Assembly: GCA_028534125.1 (NCBI GenBank) | Contig: CM052817.1 | Span: 51,524,001 to 51,588,000 of the forward strand | DNA length: 64,000 nt | Reading direction: 5' to 3' | From: Lama glama | Lineage: Eukaryota | Part shown: piece after piece, positions 25,346-40,500 of the stretch | How positions within the stretch are numbered: position 1 is the stretch's first letter | How the letters are laid out: the number at the start of each line of letters is the position of its first letter | Translations under genes and position numbers: made by a program | Notes under the pieces: generated by a model | Database searches by the model: none | What the model was told of the DNA's origin: nothing | The model's input: only the letters and a program-made list of their open reading frames with translations

Positions 25346-28300
25346 TGGTGGAGAGACCAGCACACTGTGTGTGCTTCACAAGCGTTGATTTTATCCTCTC
25401 TTCGAAATTCTCCTTGATTTTTTTCCATCGAGAGATACCAGTTAAAAAAAAGAAAAGATCATATATGTAATCATTGTATGAATGATACATAAATATTTGA
25501 ATAGACTTCCTAACAATATTCTCATAGGATGTTCTTTTGATTAAAAATCTCAAGAACACATCAACACTTGATACTTTTTTCTAAAAAGAGAATAGTTCAA
25601 ATACAAAGGATTTCCATCAAGAATAACATTTGCATATATGCAAACTCTGCCTAAAAATAAACATACATTGTTATGAACTAAGATAGCAGTATTTTCATTC
25701 AAAAGTACATTGATACAAAAGGAAGAAGAAACTCTCTTCTACTAGATATTCAGGTTTTGCCCACCCTTAGTTTCTCTTGTTTCCCCTCCTTTTAAACGCG
25801 TAGCAGAGAAGAGGTATGTGTTAAGGTTTGCTATGCCACTTTCGAGCATTTTTGGAGGGAGTAGGGGAGCTGTATCATGCCACTCAAAAATCTAAAGATC
25901 TTTTCTCTATCATCATGCTTTTGCAAGAGATTTTTTGAAATACGGATTTGAAATATTATCTTTTAATTTTAAAATACACCTAAATAATAATATAAATAAT
26001 ATGATTAAAACATTAAAGATTGTCATTTTCAGTTGAAGATAATTTATCTCTTCTCAGGCATCATTATGACTGCCCATTCAACAGTGACTTAATCACAAAA
26101 CAATGAAGTGTTATATTTTGAATACATATTTTTGAAGAAAATATTCCCATTACAGATTTTAGTTATACCTTGTCCATTTAATTCATTTTATCATTTTAAG
26201 AGGAAGAGGAAAATTCCTAGCTACACTAATTGAAGGATCAGGTATAAACTATAGGGACTTACTGAATCCAGTTGGCTTGAACATATATTGACATTTTAGC
26301 TGAATATTTTGCCAAATTAATATGTATTATTACTATGTATGTAACTTACTGCATAAGTAAACATTATGTTTATTTATACATAGAACATTTTATTTTTACT
26401 TGGCATTTTATATATGATATACATTATATGCTATATATATTTAACCAACCTTTTTAGAAAATACATGATATTAAAATATAATTTCATTTTTTATTATTTT
26501 ATGTAAAAACAATAACATATATCTTTCTCATTTTACAAAATAAAATTTTATGTGTTCTGAAGGGTGATAACCACAGGCCATAGGGAAAAGTGCTGGACCA
26601 CATTCAAATTAGCCTATTGTTCTATAATATCTTGCTGGAGTACAAGGTTAATTAGTACCATAGGCAATATGCATTATTCATCACTGTAATCAGGCTTTTA
26701 TTCTGCTGGGTCTTTATCGACTGCAAATTGTTGTTCTTATAACAAAACCTTGATAAACTATTGTCATGTTTAATTTCACTGAATTATATTGGTGATACAT
26801 ACATTAGTTCGTGTACTTTAAATATTCTGAAGATATCATTCTGATCTAGAAAAACAGTAAGATTAAAGATTAATGTCCTCTTCTGTAGGAGGACATAAAC
26901 TTTCAAGACAAGGAACATAATTATTGTTGCTTATTGTAGGATTTTTTTTCCTTTTAATTCATTTTCTCTGTATCTTATAGAGAAAGCTTTAATAATATAT
27001 TTAGAGGCAATAGTTTCTCCTTAAATATTGATCTTTAAAATATATTTTCCCTTATATTTGTAAAATCAATTCATTTTCTCTCTCTCAGTGGAATATAAAC
27101 TCCCTGAGACCAGGAACTTTGTATATCAGCAGCACATAGAACAATAACTGGCTTATACCTGAAACATATTTTTTAAATGAATTTAATGAACGTGTGTGAA
27201 CATTTACATATAAGAATATATGTCTGTTGACTAACAGTTTCGTAGAACATTCATTGTAGAATGAAAAACAAGGAAAAGAACATCTTGTCTCAATTTTAGT
27301 TCCTGTATTTCCCCTCCTCTTACATGAAGGAGATAAAGATAGAAGGAAGGAGTGGAGGTAGTGGTGAAGGTGACATAAAAATGATAATTTATTATGTAAC
27401 TCAAAGTTGTAGAATCAAAATAAAGTCATCTAGCACAAGCCTCAGTCATCGTTTTCCCTCGTTCGACACCATTTCAGACTAAATTTTCAGTAAATATAGG
27501 CAAATTGTTAAATTTCTCCATTTCTTATTTTTTTCAGAAATCAGATTATTAAGATTACCCACAAACAGCACAGCTGCAGGCCAGTTGCAAGAGATGTTGG
27601 AATGCAGTTTTAACTTTTCCTCTTCCCCCAGGGACGACACAAGTTACTTTCAAAGATATCTCTGTAAACTTCACTGATCTGGAGACTAGTTATCAGAAAA
27701 TTTCAGCTGCAATAAGACACCTCAGTTTATTGCTTTTTGATAATTTATCCATAAACAAATTCTCTTTTCTCCTCCCATAGGGTATGCTTAGGAAAATCTT
27801 TGAGACTGTTTTCCTCTCTTTTTTTCCCAATTGCCAGTCATTTCTGATATTCAAACAATAATAATTTAGTCTTTGTCCTCCAGACGAAGAGAAAAATAAG
27901 AGAAAATATTTTATGAATATGAAATGTCCAGTTTTGCTTATCTAATGCATAGTCTTCCATCTAATTTAGTTTGAGTCTAAAATTTACAATGGAAAGTTAT
28001 ACAAAGTATAGTTAAAAATACCTACTCCCCTGCCTTACTCTAAGAATAGAATTGTGGCGTCCAGAAACTTCATTATAGATTGTTTGTCTCATGGAAATTT
28101 CTACACATACCTAAGTTACCACATTAACAATGTTGGCTTCAATCTGTTAACCTATTCTGTCTTTCAGAACACATCTAGGATTTTTTTTTATATTTATTTT
28201 CCCTAAATGAATTTGGAGATGTTTAGTGCAGCCCAAGCCCTGGTTTTAAAATACTGTCATCTACTCACACCCATATACACGCCTACATTAAATGTCTAAG

Positions 28301-28867
28301 TGTAAGGAATTACAAAAAATACTTTGTTAAAACTGAAACATTTATCTTATGAACATTTATCTTATGACTTTGACATTTAGAAACCTTACACTAATTGCTA
28401 TGAAATAGTCTGTCAATAAATTAACTATTTCTAGCATATATTTCATTTAAAGCAGCAAAATGCATTGAAGAGATTTCTAACTCAAAATCCTGTATAAACT
28501 TTTAGCCTACTGCTAGGAAAGAATTAAAGATATTCCTATGGCTGATACATTTTTAAACCTTTAGTCTATATAATCTCTATGAACCTATCAAAAGAAAGCT
28601 ACCAGTTTAAGTTTCAAAGATCCCAGATTGATCAATGAAGACAAAGATAGTTCATGGTATTCAGAGATGTTCTCTGACAAGAATAGATGACCGTGGGTAA
28701 GTCACTGTACTTGCTACAGCCTCCATAGTTAATTTTTTGATGTGACAGATTGGCTTAGTACGATACTTTGCAGAGTGGGTTTCCTGGAAATATTCTTCTG
28801 CTCCCTAAAGATCTTTTTTAGGATGTTTATATATTTTTTTTGATTACTGCAAAATTTTTTTTTTAAA

Positions 28868-29208
28868 GCCTCTTAGTCCTTTTGGGCTGCTGTAAGAAAA
28901 CAGCAGAGACTGTGTGTGGCTTATAAGCAACACAGTTCTCACAGTTCTGGAAGCTGGGATGTCCAGGATGATGACACTGGCAGTCTTCCAGATGCAGACT
29001 ACCGATTTCTCTCTGTGCTCACATGGTTGAAAGGACTAGGGATTCCTCAGGATTCTCTTTTTATAAGACATTAATTCCATTAATGAGGGCTCCATTGTCA
29101 TGGTTTAAGTACCTCCCAAAGGCTCCACTTACAAATACTATCGTCTTTAGGGATTAGGATTTCAACACAGGAATTGGGGGAAGGGGCACAAATATTCAGA
29201 CCATAGCC
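28868..29208 (-). mobile_element. MLT1A-like MaLR solo LTR
   Basis: tcttagtccttttgggctgctgtaa...ggcttataagcaaca...ttctcacagttctggaagctggga...acctcccaaaggctccac...ggattaggatttcaaca...cacaaatattcagaccatagc. Confidence 0.88.
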
Positions 29209-31821
29209 AAAAGTAATATAAGTATGTTCTAAATCTGAGTACTGTCAGAATATTCATTTTCTTTAGTTCTACTCATGCCCTTTTTTCGAAGTAACCTTTC
29301 ATTCCAATTTAATTTACTTAAATATTAATTATTCAGTAACAGGTAATTTGTTAATATGTCCAAGCAAAATCCAAATGAAAATAATGCTCATTGTATGAAT
29401 AAAAGTTTCATAGCAGTTTAAATGTAGGATAGTTTCAAGAGGATTGAATCATCACTTTGTGTTGAACTCAATAAGTTCCCCCTGTAATGACAAAGTGTAG
29501 TCAAACAGCATTTTACTTGCAGCTAAATATCATAATCTCACATTAATTAGTATTAGCAATTTTATTGGTTCTATAGTTTTGTTTATATTGACTTTGTGGA
29601 AGTGTTTAGTTTTATCAGTATAGCAATTATAAGCTGATAATTTTATTTTTAGCTTTATATTTGTATAAATAAAGGTAATAGAAATTTTAAAAAATAATAA
29701 ATACTAAGAGGTTTAGTTTTTTTTCTTTTGAACTTTATTCAAGTTTTAGGACTGTTAAAATGATCTCTGTCTCTTCTTGAAAATGAAATCATTGAATTAT
29801 TTTCAGGCTTAGTACTTTATACACATTTACCATCAACTATATATTCTTCAGGATGTTTTTTCAGATATTAATAGAGGGGGGTTAAGTGTTTAAATGAGCA
29901 AAGGAATTTTCTAATCTTTGTTGTACAAACAGTATTTGGCACTTGCCTAAGTTACTTGCTCTTTAAATGAGAATCACTGAAGAATTGTTTTTAGCACTTT
30001 GAGGTCTGTATGTGTCTGCACTGATAGGCTAACTCAATAATAGTAAGTACTGCTCATATTAGTTTGAAATTGATATGCTCAGAAAAAGCAGAATTTATCA
30101 TTTTACTTTTCTTAATTGACACAAGTTGGCTGAAAATCAACTCTTGACAAAATGGAAATGGTCGAATTTGAATCACACTGACTGGAATTATTAGGCACTG
30201 ATATATTGATCCAACAGAGCTGAAGATTCTTTTTATCAAATATGGGGAAAACAAAGTCAATGAACAATAAGAGGACCTATGTTCCTAATTTTATAATTAG
30301 GAAATATTTTGAAAATATAATGAAGCATCAGTAATATATAGCAAAACAGTTCTAAATGTAATTCCAACTCATTTGTTCCAACATTCATATATCTCACATT
30401 GATACTTTACTTAAGCTACATACACTGCCACAGCCGTGAAATGGCTTGTGTATCTGTCGTCCACCCCATTACCTACAGTTCTATATACAAATACTTCCTT
30501 TCTGTCTTCTAATTATTCAGTCATACCTAGGAAGAACACTGAGAACATAACTAATGAGATGAAACAGTAGAAATTCTACATTCCCATGCTAAACTGCTTA
30601 TTTAATTATTTTGTAGTTAAAGAATCCCCATAAGAATTTTTGAATGATCTTTGAAAAATTTTTTAAAGTCTAAGGAAAATACTGTACCTGCCAGTGATGA
30701 AAGTATGCTTTATATAGAAATTTCTATCTTAAGTTAACATTTCAAAACACCAAATAAAATAATAGTTTCCTACATTCAGTTGCATTTTCTAGTTTAAGGT
30801 CTGATGGAGGATCAAGTTAGTATAGTATTTGATTATTTCCAAAAATAAACTCTTACTGGTTTTAAACCAATTGAATTCTCCACATAAGAAAGCCATAATT
30901 ATAGGCTCAGGAAACATGCTAGAATGAGTAAAAACCAGCATTAAGGGCACTTTTATACTTCTTCTCTCATATTTTCTTTATTTTGTTGCCAAATTATTGC
31001 CTGAGTCTTGACACTAAATATTAGCCATGTATTTATTTCTTGGTAAACCTCAAAGACCTGTTTTCTAATGTGTCCTTTCTGTCTCTCTTTTTGAAAAAAA
31101 AAAAATCAAGCAACATAACAAACTTGTCATTGAAAACAGTAAAATCTTTATCTAAATAAAACTTTAATTTATGTACATTCTTTACATAAGGGAAGTCTTT
31201 ACAAGTTTGCGTTACGTAATTGCTGTCAACATTCTGCACCGACCATATATGAGTGGCTCAAGTCATGCAGAGCATGTGTGGGTAGCACAGTCATCTGACC
31301 TGCATTTCTGTCTCTCTCTGCCAACTGGGACTATCTAGATCCACCCTACTGGTTTTTCAAAGATGAACTGCCCCTGACCCCGGCTCCTGCCCCTGATGAT
31401 AGCAGTGAGAGGCTGAGCTCTGAGTCCCCTGATTTACCTGTGCCTTTCCAGTCTTCTCCACCAGTAGTGTCTGTTACTGACCCTTCTATGGGAGACAGGG
31501 AGGAGAAAATAACCACAGCCATCATTTTTCTGAGTGTAAAGGTTTGAAAGTAACAAGTCTGCTTGTTACATGAGGTATGTCTGTATTACAAAAAGTAGCT
31601 GGATGTGGGGGTGGAGTTATGTTAAGAAGAGTGTTATAGGAGAAACTCTTAGTTAATCCCCCCAAATTTACACATTTGGGAAGGGTGTAGAGTTAGACAG
31701 AGATAAAGAGATGATTTACAGTTAGAAATTAAATATATATATAGGTTGACTGATATATAGCCATATCTCAAGAAATAACCCATTTTTGTATAATAGAATT
31801 ATTTATAATTAACATGTATTT

Positions 31822-31935
31822 AATTATTCAATAAATATTAACTGAGGGCAATTAAGTACTAGATATTCTACTACAAGAGATACAAGGTGAACAAAGAACG
31901 AAAGATTCCTGAGTTCCTGGAGATCATTTTTAGTG
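31822..31935 (-). mobile_element. L2 3'-end fragment
   Basis: attcaataaatattaactgaggg...gagatacaaggtgaacaaag...attcctgagttcctggagatcatttttagt. Confidence 0.55.
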
Positions 31936-34364
31936 TCATTGGTAACATTTCAATCTACTGTGAGAGAAATGTGACAGGATTTTGTAAAGGAACTTCAGTT
32001 TTGATGCTAAGTACGTACTTTCCCTTTGACCTTTTTTCTTCAAACTGATTTTCAGAAATCGTGGCTGAATTTCTACTAATACTTTAGAGTCTCAGTAGTT
32101 AATTGTATTTCTTCATGTGTAATATAATGTGTTTGTCTAAAATGAAGCCTACTTTGTAAATAATCTGGTCTATTTCAAAGTAAAATATAAATAATGGTAT
32201 ATATGCAGAATGTGCTTAAAGCTTTCAAGTAGAAGAGTAACAAATAAACCAGGCTTAAATTATAATAATGTAAGTTAACTGATCATGGAAAGACTTTTTC
32301 TGACGTAGTCTCTAAACACCACATCAATCCCTTATGAGCCGCAAGATGCGTACTCCCTTACTTCATATGCTACTGTCATATACCCATGATCTAGCAGATT
32401 TTTTAATCTCATGAAAATGACATAATTGTCACTGATTTATAAAAGCCTTTGAAGTGAACTGCCTAATTATCACATGAATGAGCATAGCTAAATGTATTAA
32501 TTTAAAAAGACACCTTGCAAATACTGAGGTTCAATAGATAAGCATGGTATTTTTAAAATAGGAATTCACATATAAATTTTGAAAAGCCATATATATTCAG
32601 TTAATATAAAATTTACTCTTAAGGAAATAGATTAAAACTATAGTGATAGCAAATTAAACCTAAGTTTATGTTCAGTGAATAAAATAATAATAATTATAAA
32701 AATAAACCTTACCTTCAGATATGATTTTAGCAAATATTTCTTTGATTGGAAATAAAATGCACATGCAAACATTTTATTAGCAGCAGTGGTAGAAGGATTT
32801 ACAAGTGTTTAAGAAAAACAGGATTTCTTTTCCTGTTTCTGTGGTGTATAAATTTCTCTGTCTCAGTGTGGAGAAAGAATGTCATTCAAACTGATGGACT
32901 TGGAGCGAGGTGGCAAGGGACTGAACATTTGCATCAAGTATGAAGTCAAAGCCTGAACTCCCAATGGTGCTACTCCAAATGCCTGCCTGTCCTAACTTCA
33001 CGAACTTTTCCTACGTGTCCAGGGTGAGAGATCTCCCAAGTGAATACAGTTACTGAATAAGTGACAATTGATAGTAGAAAATAAAGGAATTATGTCAAAG
33101 TCTATGGTAAGTAACAAGACATTTTAATTACTCATTTTTATGGTTTACACTCAGTGCGTGCATAATTTAGGGACGGCACTTAGCCTAGTGAGTGGATCAG
33201 AATTGAGAGAGATGATGATAAAGACTGTATCTCTTCGGGTGAATGATAATCACACATCCCACATTCCACACACTTTGTGCTTGTCTTCTTCTTATACTTC
33301 ACCATTTTCTCCTCTTGGATGGAGAGCTCTGCCATGGGGGTGTTTCTAGAAAGCAGAAGTTTAGACCAAAATTGGAAAATGGCATGCCCTTGATTAATTT
33401 TATATAATAATTTCTAATAGAGTACTCATTATCTGAGGATAGTGGTGGTGAGGTTGCTGTCTGGTTATTGATAGTGTCAGATATTTAGAACTATGTCTGC
33501 TGATAGACTGATTGTTTTCTTTTATAGGGTGAAGGGAAGGAGAAGTGGCATAATTTATGTGAGAAAATAAACCATTATCATGCTAGATATAATTATTCCA
33601 TCCCTTTGCGGAGCGTGTTAGGGGAAGAACTCTGAGACCCTGAATAGATACTTTCTAATAGATAGTTTGGCTGCATTGTAGGGTACTCAGATAAGCTAAG
33701 CTCTCCATGCTATGGAGGTAATACGTGGAGAGACTAGATGATTTCTGTGTCATAAAGTTGCCGAGGGCTAGGGTATGGTCAGCAAGAGGAAGAGGCACAT
33801 GAAGGGATACTCAGTTTGGGAGGAGTCCAGACATTTACATTTCTGACCATCCAAGGTGTTGAACAGTAAAGATGCTGTAAAATAGGGCCTGCTAAATTTC
33901 ACTGGGAAAGAATTCATTTTATGGTGGTTCCTGCTGAGCTTCTCGCTCTGATCTCACTTGCTGCAGTTTGTATGTGCTTTATGTTGTTTTTTCTCTCCTA
34001 AAGTTGCCCAGTTCTGTATATTGTTTTCCTGGATGTATCCTATTCTACAGCTAGCAATGATGGCTTCCCAATTTAGATCTTCCTTTTTTGTGGGATAGTG
34101 TTTACCCGAGTTACACTCCTGTATCAGCCTCTTCACCTCGTCTCTGGAAGGGAAACACTGTTCAGTAAAACCTGGGATTGTAAGTATTAGAATTTTCCTA
34201 ACTCTGATCTTAAACTGAAGGTGAGATGCCAAGGAATCCATGTGAAGTTTCGAGGGCTTTATAGGAAATGGCAGTTGGTGATGGATTTTCCCAGAAACAG
34301 TTGGTATCTCTGGAGCATTACTGGAGCATCCTGCCGTGGCTCTCAGTACGCTCTGAGAAAATGA

Positions 34365-34600
34365 TTTTTAGTGGCTACATGATATTCCTGGGTCTGTATA
34401 TGTTAGTAATATATTTAACAACTTACCTATTCCTGGGCATTTAGACTACTACCTCTTCTCTGTGGAATAATGTTTTGATAAATTTTCATTTGAACAAATA
34501 TTTAACTGTATTTCTAATTATTTTCTTACTATAAAACTTTAAGAGTATGAGTGTGTCTTGGTATTTTCAAAGGTTTTGAAATATATTTAAATCCACTTTA
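34365..34600 (-). mobile_element. Old L1 (L1M-type) fragment
   Basis: tttttagtggctacatgatattcc...atatatttaacaacttacctattcctgggcatttag resembles antisense sequence from near the end of L1 ORF2. Confidence 0.6.
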
Positions 34601-36487
34601 CAGAATTGTTGTGATAACTATTAGTATTCAAATAATAAGTGAGAATAAAAGAGACACTCTTTTTATTTTACTATTTCCTTACACACACATGCTTGCCATC
34701 CTCCATGTATATAAGCTGAGAGAAACTCTGTCAGAAAACTAGGTTTATAGCCACTAGGTTTTTAGTTAGTATATATTTCATTATATTATTAAAGGTGAAA
34801 GAAATTGATAAGCATGACTTTTGCACTGTCTAAATTTTTTCCCTTTATTTCACATATGCCAGGGATGATTCGTGCTTGGAAGCTATTTGATGTGGTTTAA
34901 ATGTTGAGACTTAATTTTGTTTCTAGTGAGTATGTTTATCTCTAAAATGCCTGCAATGAAAGTTGAGTGATATATTAAAGTGATAAAATAACTCAAGTAA
35001 ATATAATGACATTGTTGTAAATAAATAAATTATTGTATCTGTAAGTATATTCTTGAAAACTAATTGCAGAATGGTTTTGCGAGAAAACCTTCTGAAGATG
35101 AAAGCCATCCTTTGTACTCTTGACTTGACCCTGAAAGCAACATCATTATTTAGGGATGAGATTTAAAGAGGAACATGAGAAATTCACCACCAGTCAGTAA
35201 AATCAAACAGAAAACATATTTCAAGGTATAGAACTAAGCTTCATAGTTACCCTTATTGCATAATTAAGTTATCTTCTTCCTTCACTCCTTAAAATCATTT
35301 TCTTCAGAGCTCTATAAAGGGATCATATCTGACTCATGAAAAATGATTCACACTTTATAGTTGTTTTGCAATATAGAATTCATTAAAATCTTCACTGGAA
35401 TCACAGGTTATTTCTAAAGATATGTTCAGCTACAGTACCAGAAAAAAGGACAGAGAAATAAGCATATTCAGATCCTTTCATATCACTATGTGCTTCGATT
35501 GCAATGATTTTATTAATTCAAAAATTACTTTAACAGAGTTAGGAAGGAAGTTGAAATAAAAAGCAGAAATTATATTCATCATTTTGGAGAGTTGTATTTC
35601 TAACATGGAATATATATAACATGATTTTAAAAGGCCTGTTCTAATTTGTTGATTTTATAAAATAGAAATAATATTTGGAAATGTAATCTGACTTTGGACA
35701 CAAATATTGAAGTAGTATTATGAAACTGTAAAACCAGAATTCTGACTGCATAGGGAAACAAAACTCAAAGAAAAAAGTAAACTAAAAACAAAAAAGAAAC
35801 AAACGAAACACTAAGACAAACCCCTTGTAAGTAAAATACACATTTGTATTAAAAAGTAAAATATACTTAAAACTTCAAAAATCAACTGAAGTTAAAAAGT
35901 AAGTTCTTGTGAGTGTGATAGGTAAAAACAGGGAAGCAAAGATTGGAAAGCCTGAATACAAATAGTAACAAATGCTGTTCTGAGAAACAAACTTCTCTCC
36001 TTCAAATCTCGTGAAATTGTAAATTTTTTAGTCCTGTTTAAACCTTGGTGCTTAATAAGAAACAGTTAAAGAACTGATGTATTGACAGTTTCATTTACCT
36101 TCTCAAGCAGTTAGTTTCATGAGAAATCTCCAAAACAATACTATAATAGACTTTTAAATTGTATGATACTCCATTGAAACTACTTTAAACCTATTGATTT
36201 AGAGCATTTAGGGAATATAAATGTCTTGAATTATTTTACTTGTAAGTGAGCCGTACTGTGCATTTTACTTGTTAAATGGGACGTATTACCTGCAAGTGGG
36301 CTACATTGTGCATTTTAATCATTAAGGAATCATTTTCAAGATACTTTAAGATAAAGTTCCTTATATGCATTTTTTTTTTCCGCATTCAGCTACTCCAGTG
36401 AGTCTTCCTATTTCATTCTGTTTCTGCCTTATCACTTTCTCTCATGAAGAAATGTTTTTAGAAAGATATTTTCTCTTTACTAAGTTA

Positions 36488-36586
36488 GGAGGAAGAGTGG
36501 AGGAGGAAGGGAAGAAGAAAGGTGGAGTAAAGGAGGAAGGAGGAGGGAGGGGTGGGCAGGAGAATGGGGAGGGGAGGAGAGGATGA
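36488..36586. repeat. Polypurine (GA-rich) low-complexity tract
   Basis: ggaggaagagtggaggaggaagggaagaagaaagg...ggggaggggaggagagg. Confidence 0.9.
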
Positions 36587-37544
36587 AACCAGGGAATGTT
36601 ACCGTCTTTCTTGTCTCTCCTGGTTGTACCAAACACAGACTTTCCAGAAACCATGACATTCTGCCACTGCTTATTCCTTTCATCTCCACTGCTGTCTCCT
36701 AAATGTGCATCATAACTTAAATTTAGTATTAAAATAAGACCAATTAACTGAATGCTAAGATATTTTCTTTTCATTGGTTTTCACTGAAAAAACTATGGTA
36801 CAGTGTCAGATTGAAAGTAAAAAGCATACGGTGGTTTAAAATATACACAGACAATTAAAAGTTGTCTAGGAATATTATGATTTTATTTCAGAGATAGAAT
36901 ATTGTGGAATACGCATAATTAGCTGTATCTTTCACCTGAGAAGGTGATAGGATATCTGTTCTTTAACTGATCTTCATGTTTAAACAATGACCTTTTTATC
37001 TTAGAGCACTGAAACTTAGATGTTTGATAAGAGTTACTCTGGAAAGGAGAGCTAAGATACAGTTTATTTCAAGGCTCAGGAAAGTAGGATCAAAAGAATA
37101 TTCATCTGTGTATGTGTATGAGATGTAGACTGGAGGGAGAAGTTCTGAAAAAGCCCACAGCCATCACCCTGGAGAGCTGCAACCAAACATAGCAAATCTA
37201 AGACTGTACGGCTAAATTCAGAAAGCTGGGTGCTACCTCTTGACTTGCAATAAGTCTGTGACTTCATTAGTGCTACACTGAGGTTGAATAAAATAGTTAG
37301 ATATTTCTGATTTTAAAGTTTTTTGGATCTTAATACTGTATGAATTGCCTAAGGCACTGACCCTGATGCAGTTTGAAATAAAGGATACAGGTAAAGTTTC
37401 AGTCTTACCATCTTCTGTTAGGGAAGGAAGCACGTCTTGATGTGGGGAAGAACTCTGAGCTCATGGAGCATTTAAGCTTACACTGTCACCCAATGGTCTA
37501 GCTTCCTTCCTTTCCGTAGACCCACCCTCATACTGAATGGAGAT

Positions 37545-37582
37545 CACACACACACACACACACACGCACATGCACACACACA
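37545..37582. repeat. (CA)n microsatellite, interrupted
   Basis: cacacacacacacacacacacgcacatgcacacacaca. Confidence 0.95.
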
Positions 37583-40500
37583 GATTCATTTAGTAAATAT
37601 TTTCTTGATGCCTTGGAAATTTTGGGCTGTATATATTTGTGTTTGTTAGAAAGGGCATTTTCTATACCAAGGAATATTTTGAAATTTTGCTGAGTATTTT
37701 GAAATTTTGTGAAATATTTGATTAAACTCTAATTAGAAAAATTAATTTTTAAAAATTAAACCCTTCATTATTTTATCTGTGGGATTAGAAGGTGAGGGTG
37801 TACCAAACCAGGATTGGAAATTATTGTATTAAGTACTATCTATGCAATTAACTTCCAGATAGTTTTGTGGTGAAATAGTGAAACTTCTATGTGTATTAAA
37901 TATAGAGACCTTTTAAAAAATTTACTTGCACATTCCTATAACAAGTGAGTTATTTAAGGTCACATTTGTTTTTTTTTTCTCTTTCGTGTGTGAACTATAT
38001 TCCCATTTTTCATGCATATTGGAATAAGAGTATAGTATATATCTTTAACTGGCAAAACCATCCTGTTTTATTTACTTTTTATTTACCTGAATTTACCAGA
38101 TCGCAAAGTTCTCCCAGAAATACTCATATTCTCTAAGGAATTTAATTTGAAACATCCACATTGTTTTAATAACTTAAGAGGAGAAGAAATTTCAGTAAGT
38201 TTTATTCTATTAGCACATTGATTTTTTTTCTTTTATGATCCTTAATTTTACTACATACCTTGCAAAGGTACATTTTCCCCTCTTCATTTTAAATCATTCT
38301 TTCAAAAGGACACTTGGAAAATAGTTGGGCTAATTGCTATAAAACAAAAGTGGGCATTTAAATTCAAGATAGAAAACCAAATAATTTTACCTTTACAAAA
38401 TATTTATGCATTTAGCTTTATAAATACTTTGGGAGGGGCTAAAAATTTTTAGAAATTACTTAATTGAATATAATGAGCCTAATCTGAATACATTTGTTTC
38501 AGTTTCTTTAATATTGTGATAATATTTGCAATGGCTTCACTGCTATTAATCTTTTTCAAAGTATATGTTTACGATATGCATTTTGATAGTTTCATGTTTA
38601 CATAGATAAGTACATCATTCTCTGAAATTAAATTGGTGAGTTGAATGTTGCTTTCCAAACATTTAAACATTTTTGCTCTTTTTTATGCTTAGAAAAATTA
38701 AGCAAAGTTATTTTTAAATGTATATTATGATAAAGGGAAAAAATTAGTCATATTTAGTGTGAGACTATATGCTGATTCTTAATGATTAAAATAGATTAAA
38801 GCTGAAGGTCACCAGAGAAACACTTCTCATGATCATAAATGTAATATAATATTCATAAAATTGAAAAATTCACTGATGATAGATTCATATTCTTTCATTA
38901 TTTATAAGGACCTGATTTCTTTTAAAAATAAATGTCTTGAGTATGTTATTCCTCTTGATATAATATTTCTGCTTTTCAAGACAAGTGCTTCTGTAAGTTG
39001 AATGATAGTCATTTCAAAACTTCTGTTGGTATTTTTTTTTAAGGTGAAATAAAACACAATATTGAAGCATAAAGATTGGATATTAAATTAAAAAAGCAGA
39101 TTTATTGTTAATGATTAGTAAAAATATTTAATTTTCTGTTGCACATTTGGTATTTAGCTGGCATTTAAAATAGAATTGTGGTCCAAATATAATATGTGAT
39201 TATTTGATATTTTATGACAAATTATGAGTAAATCTAATTTTTCATAGCACAAGACAGAATTTTCCAGCTTTGGGGATTGTTAAACAAATGTAACAATATT
39301 TTGGTAGAGTAATTATATTAGGTGTATCAAAAATGCTGTATGTTTAATGCTCATACTTATTATTCAAGCAAAATAAGTCTATTTTCCCCCAGTAAGATCT
39401 ACCTCTAGCAACATTTGAATGTTATTTGGAAAAGACACTTGCCACTTGATAAAAAGTCACATTTTCTGTAGAGCAGATAAAAAGATACAGAATCAGGACC
39501 ACATATTTCTGCCATGACAAAAGAGAGAGTCTTTACACTAAGTAAAACTTGTTTTGAATAAAAATAGAAATATATTTTCAATGTTGATTATTTGTAATTA
39601 TAAGTAAATTTCCTTTGTTTCTATACTAAGACTTTGAGTATGAAAACTGGTCAATACCTCAATATACTTGTGAAAAATAATCAGAGAGGATAATTAGTTT
39701 ATCAGTCGGCAGAATCTAAAAAAAAGAGGGTCAAAGTCCAAATGTGAATCTGAAAGAATAGTACATCAATGATGAGAACAGAAATTATAAGAGTCCCACC
39801 CACTCCAACGTAGAAACTTACACTAATCCATATATTGAGTTTTACTAAGGTTAAGTGGAGTGCTCAACTGTTTGCACAATAGGCACAGCCATAGTCTGTA
39901 TTTACTGCTTCTTGCAAAACATGCTTGTAGACATGTGCATTCATTCAGCTATTACATGTTGCAGTTTTGTATGAATCATTTTAAAGAATGTTGCATTTTA
40001 ATTTGTTCAGTTTTCAGTTGCAATTGTTGTACGCTGACGAAAGTTTGACTGTCATCAATTTGTACTTGAACATCTACTTCTTGTCAGAGCCGTTCTTTTA
40101 GTCTTTTCCCCTTAATAGATATGATACTCAAAGAACCTAAACTCTGGTGTTATTGATATTAGCTACATGTGGCAATATGTCAGCTGTTTAAAATACATGT
40201 TTTGCTATGGCGAGAAGTGTCAGTTTGACATATGGCCATTTCAAGACCAAGTATTAAAACTTAGAAAATAACATCAGTGTTCTGTTGCAACTTTATTGAC
40301 TGATGGAAGTAGGGTTTACTAAGAACTTCAGTTTTGGTAGTAAATACCAAGTACATCCATTTATGCCTCATACAATAAAATACTTTAACAACCAAAACTT
40401 TTTAAGAAACACAAAAATCTTCTATTGTAATTATCTACAAAAAGCAAAATTCTGTTCTTCTTATGCTTTCATAGCACATTAGAAGTAAGTATTTCTAAGC

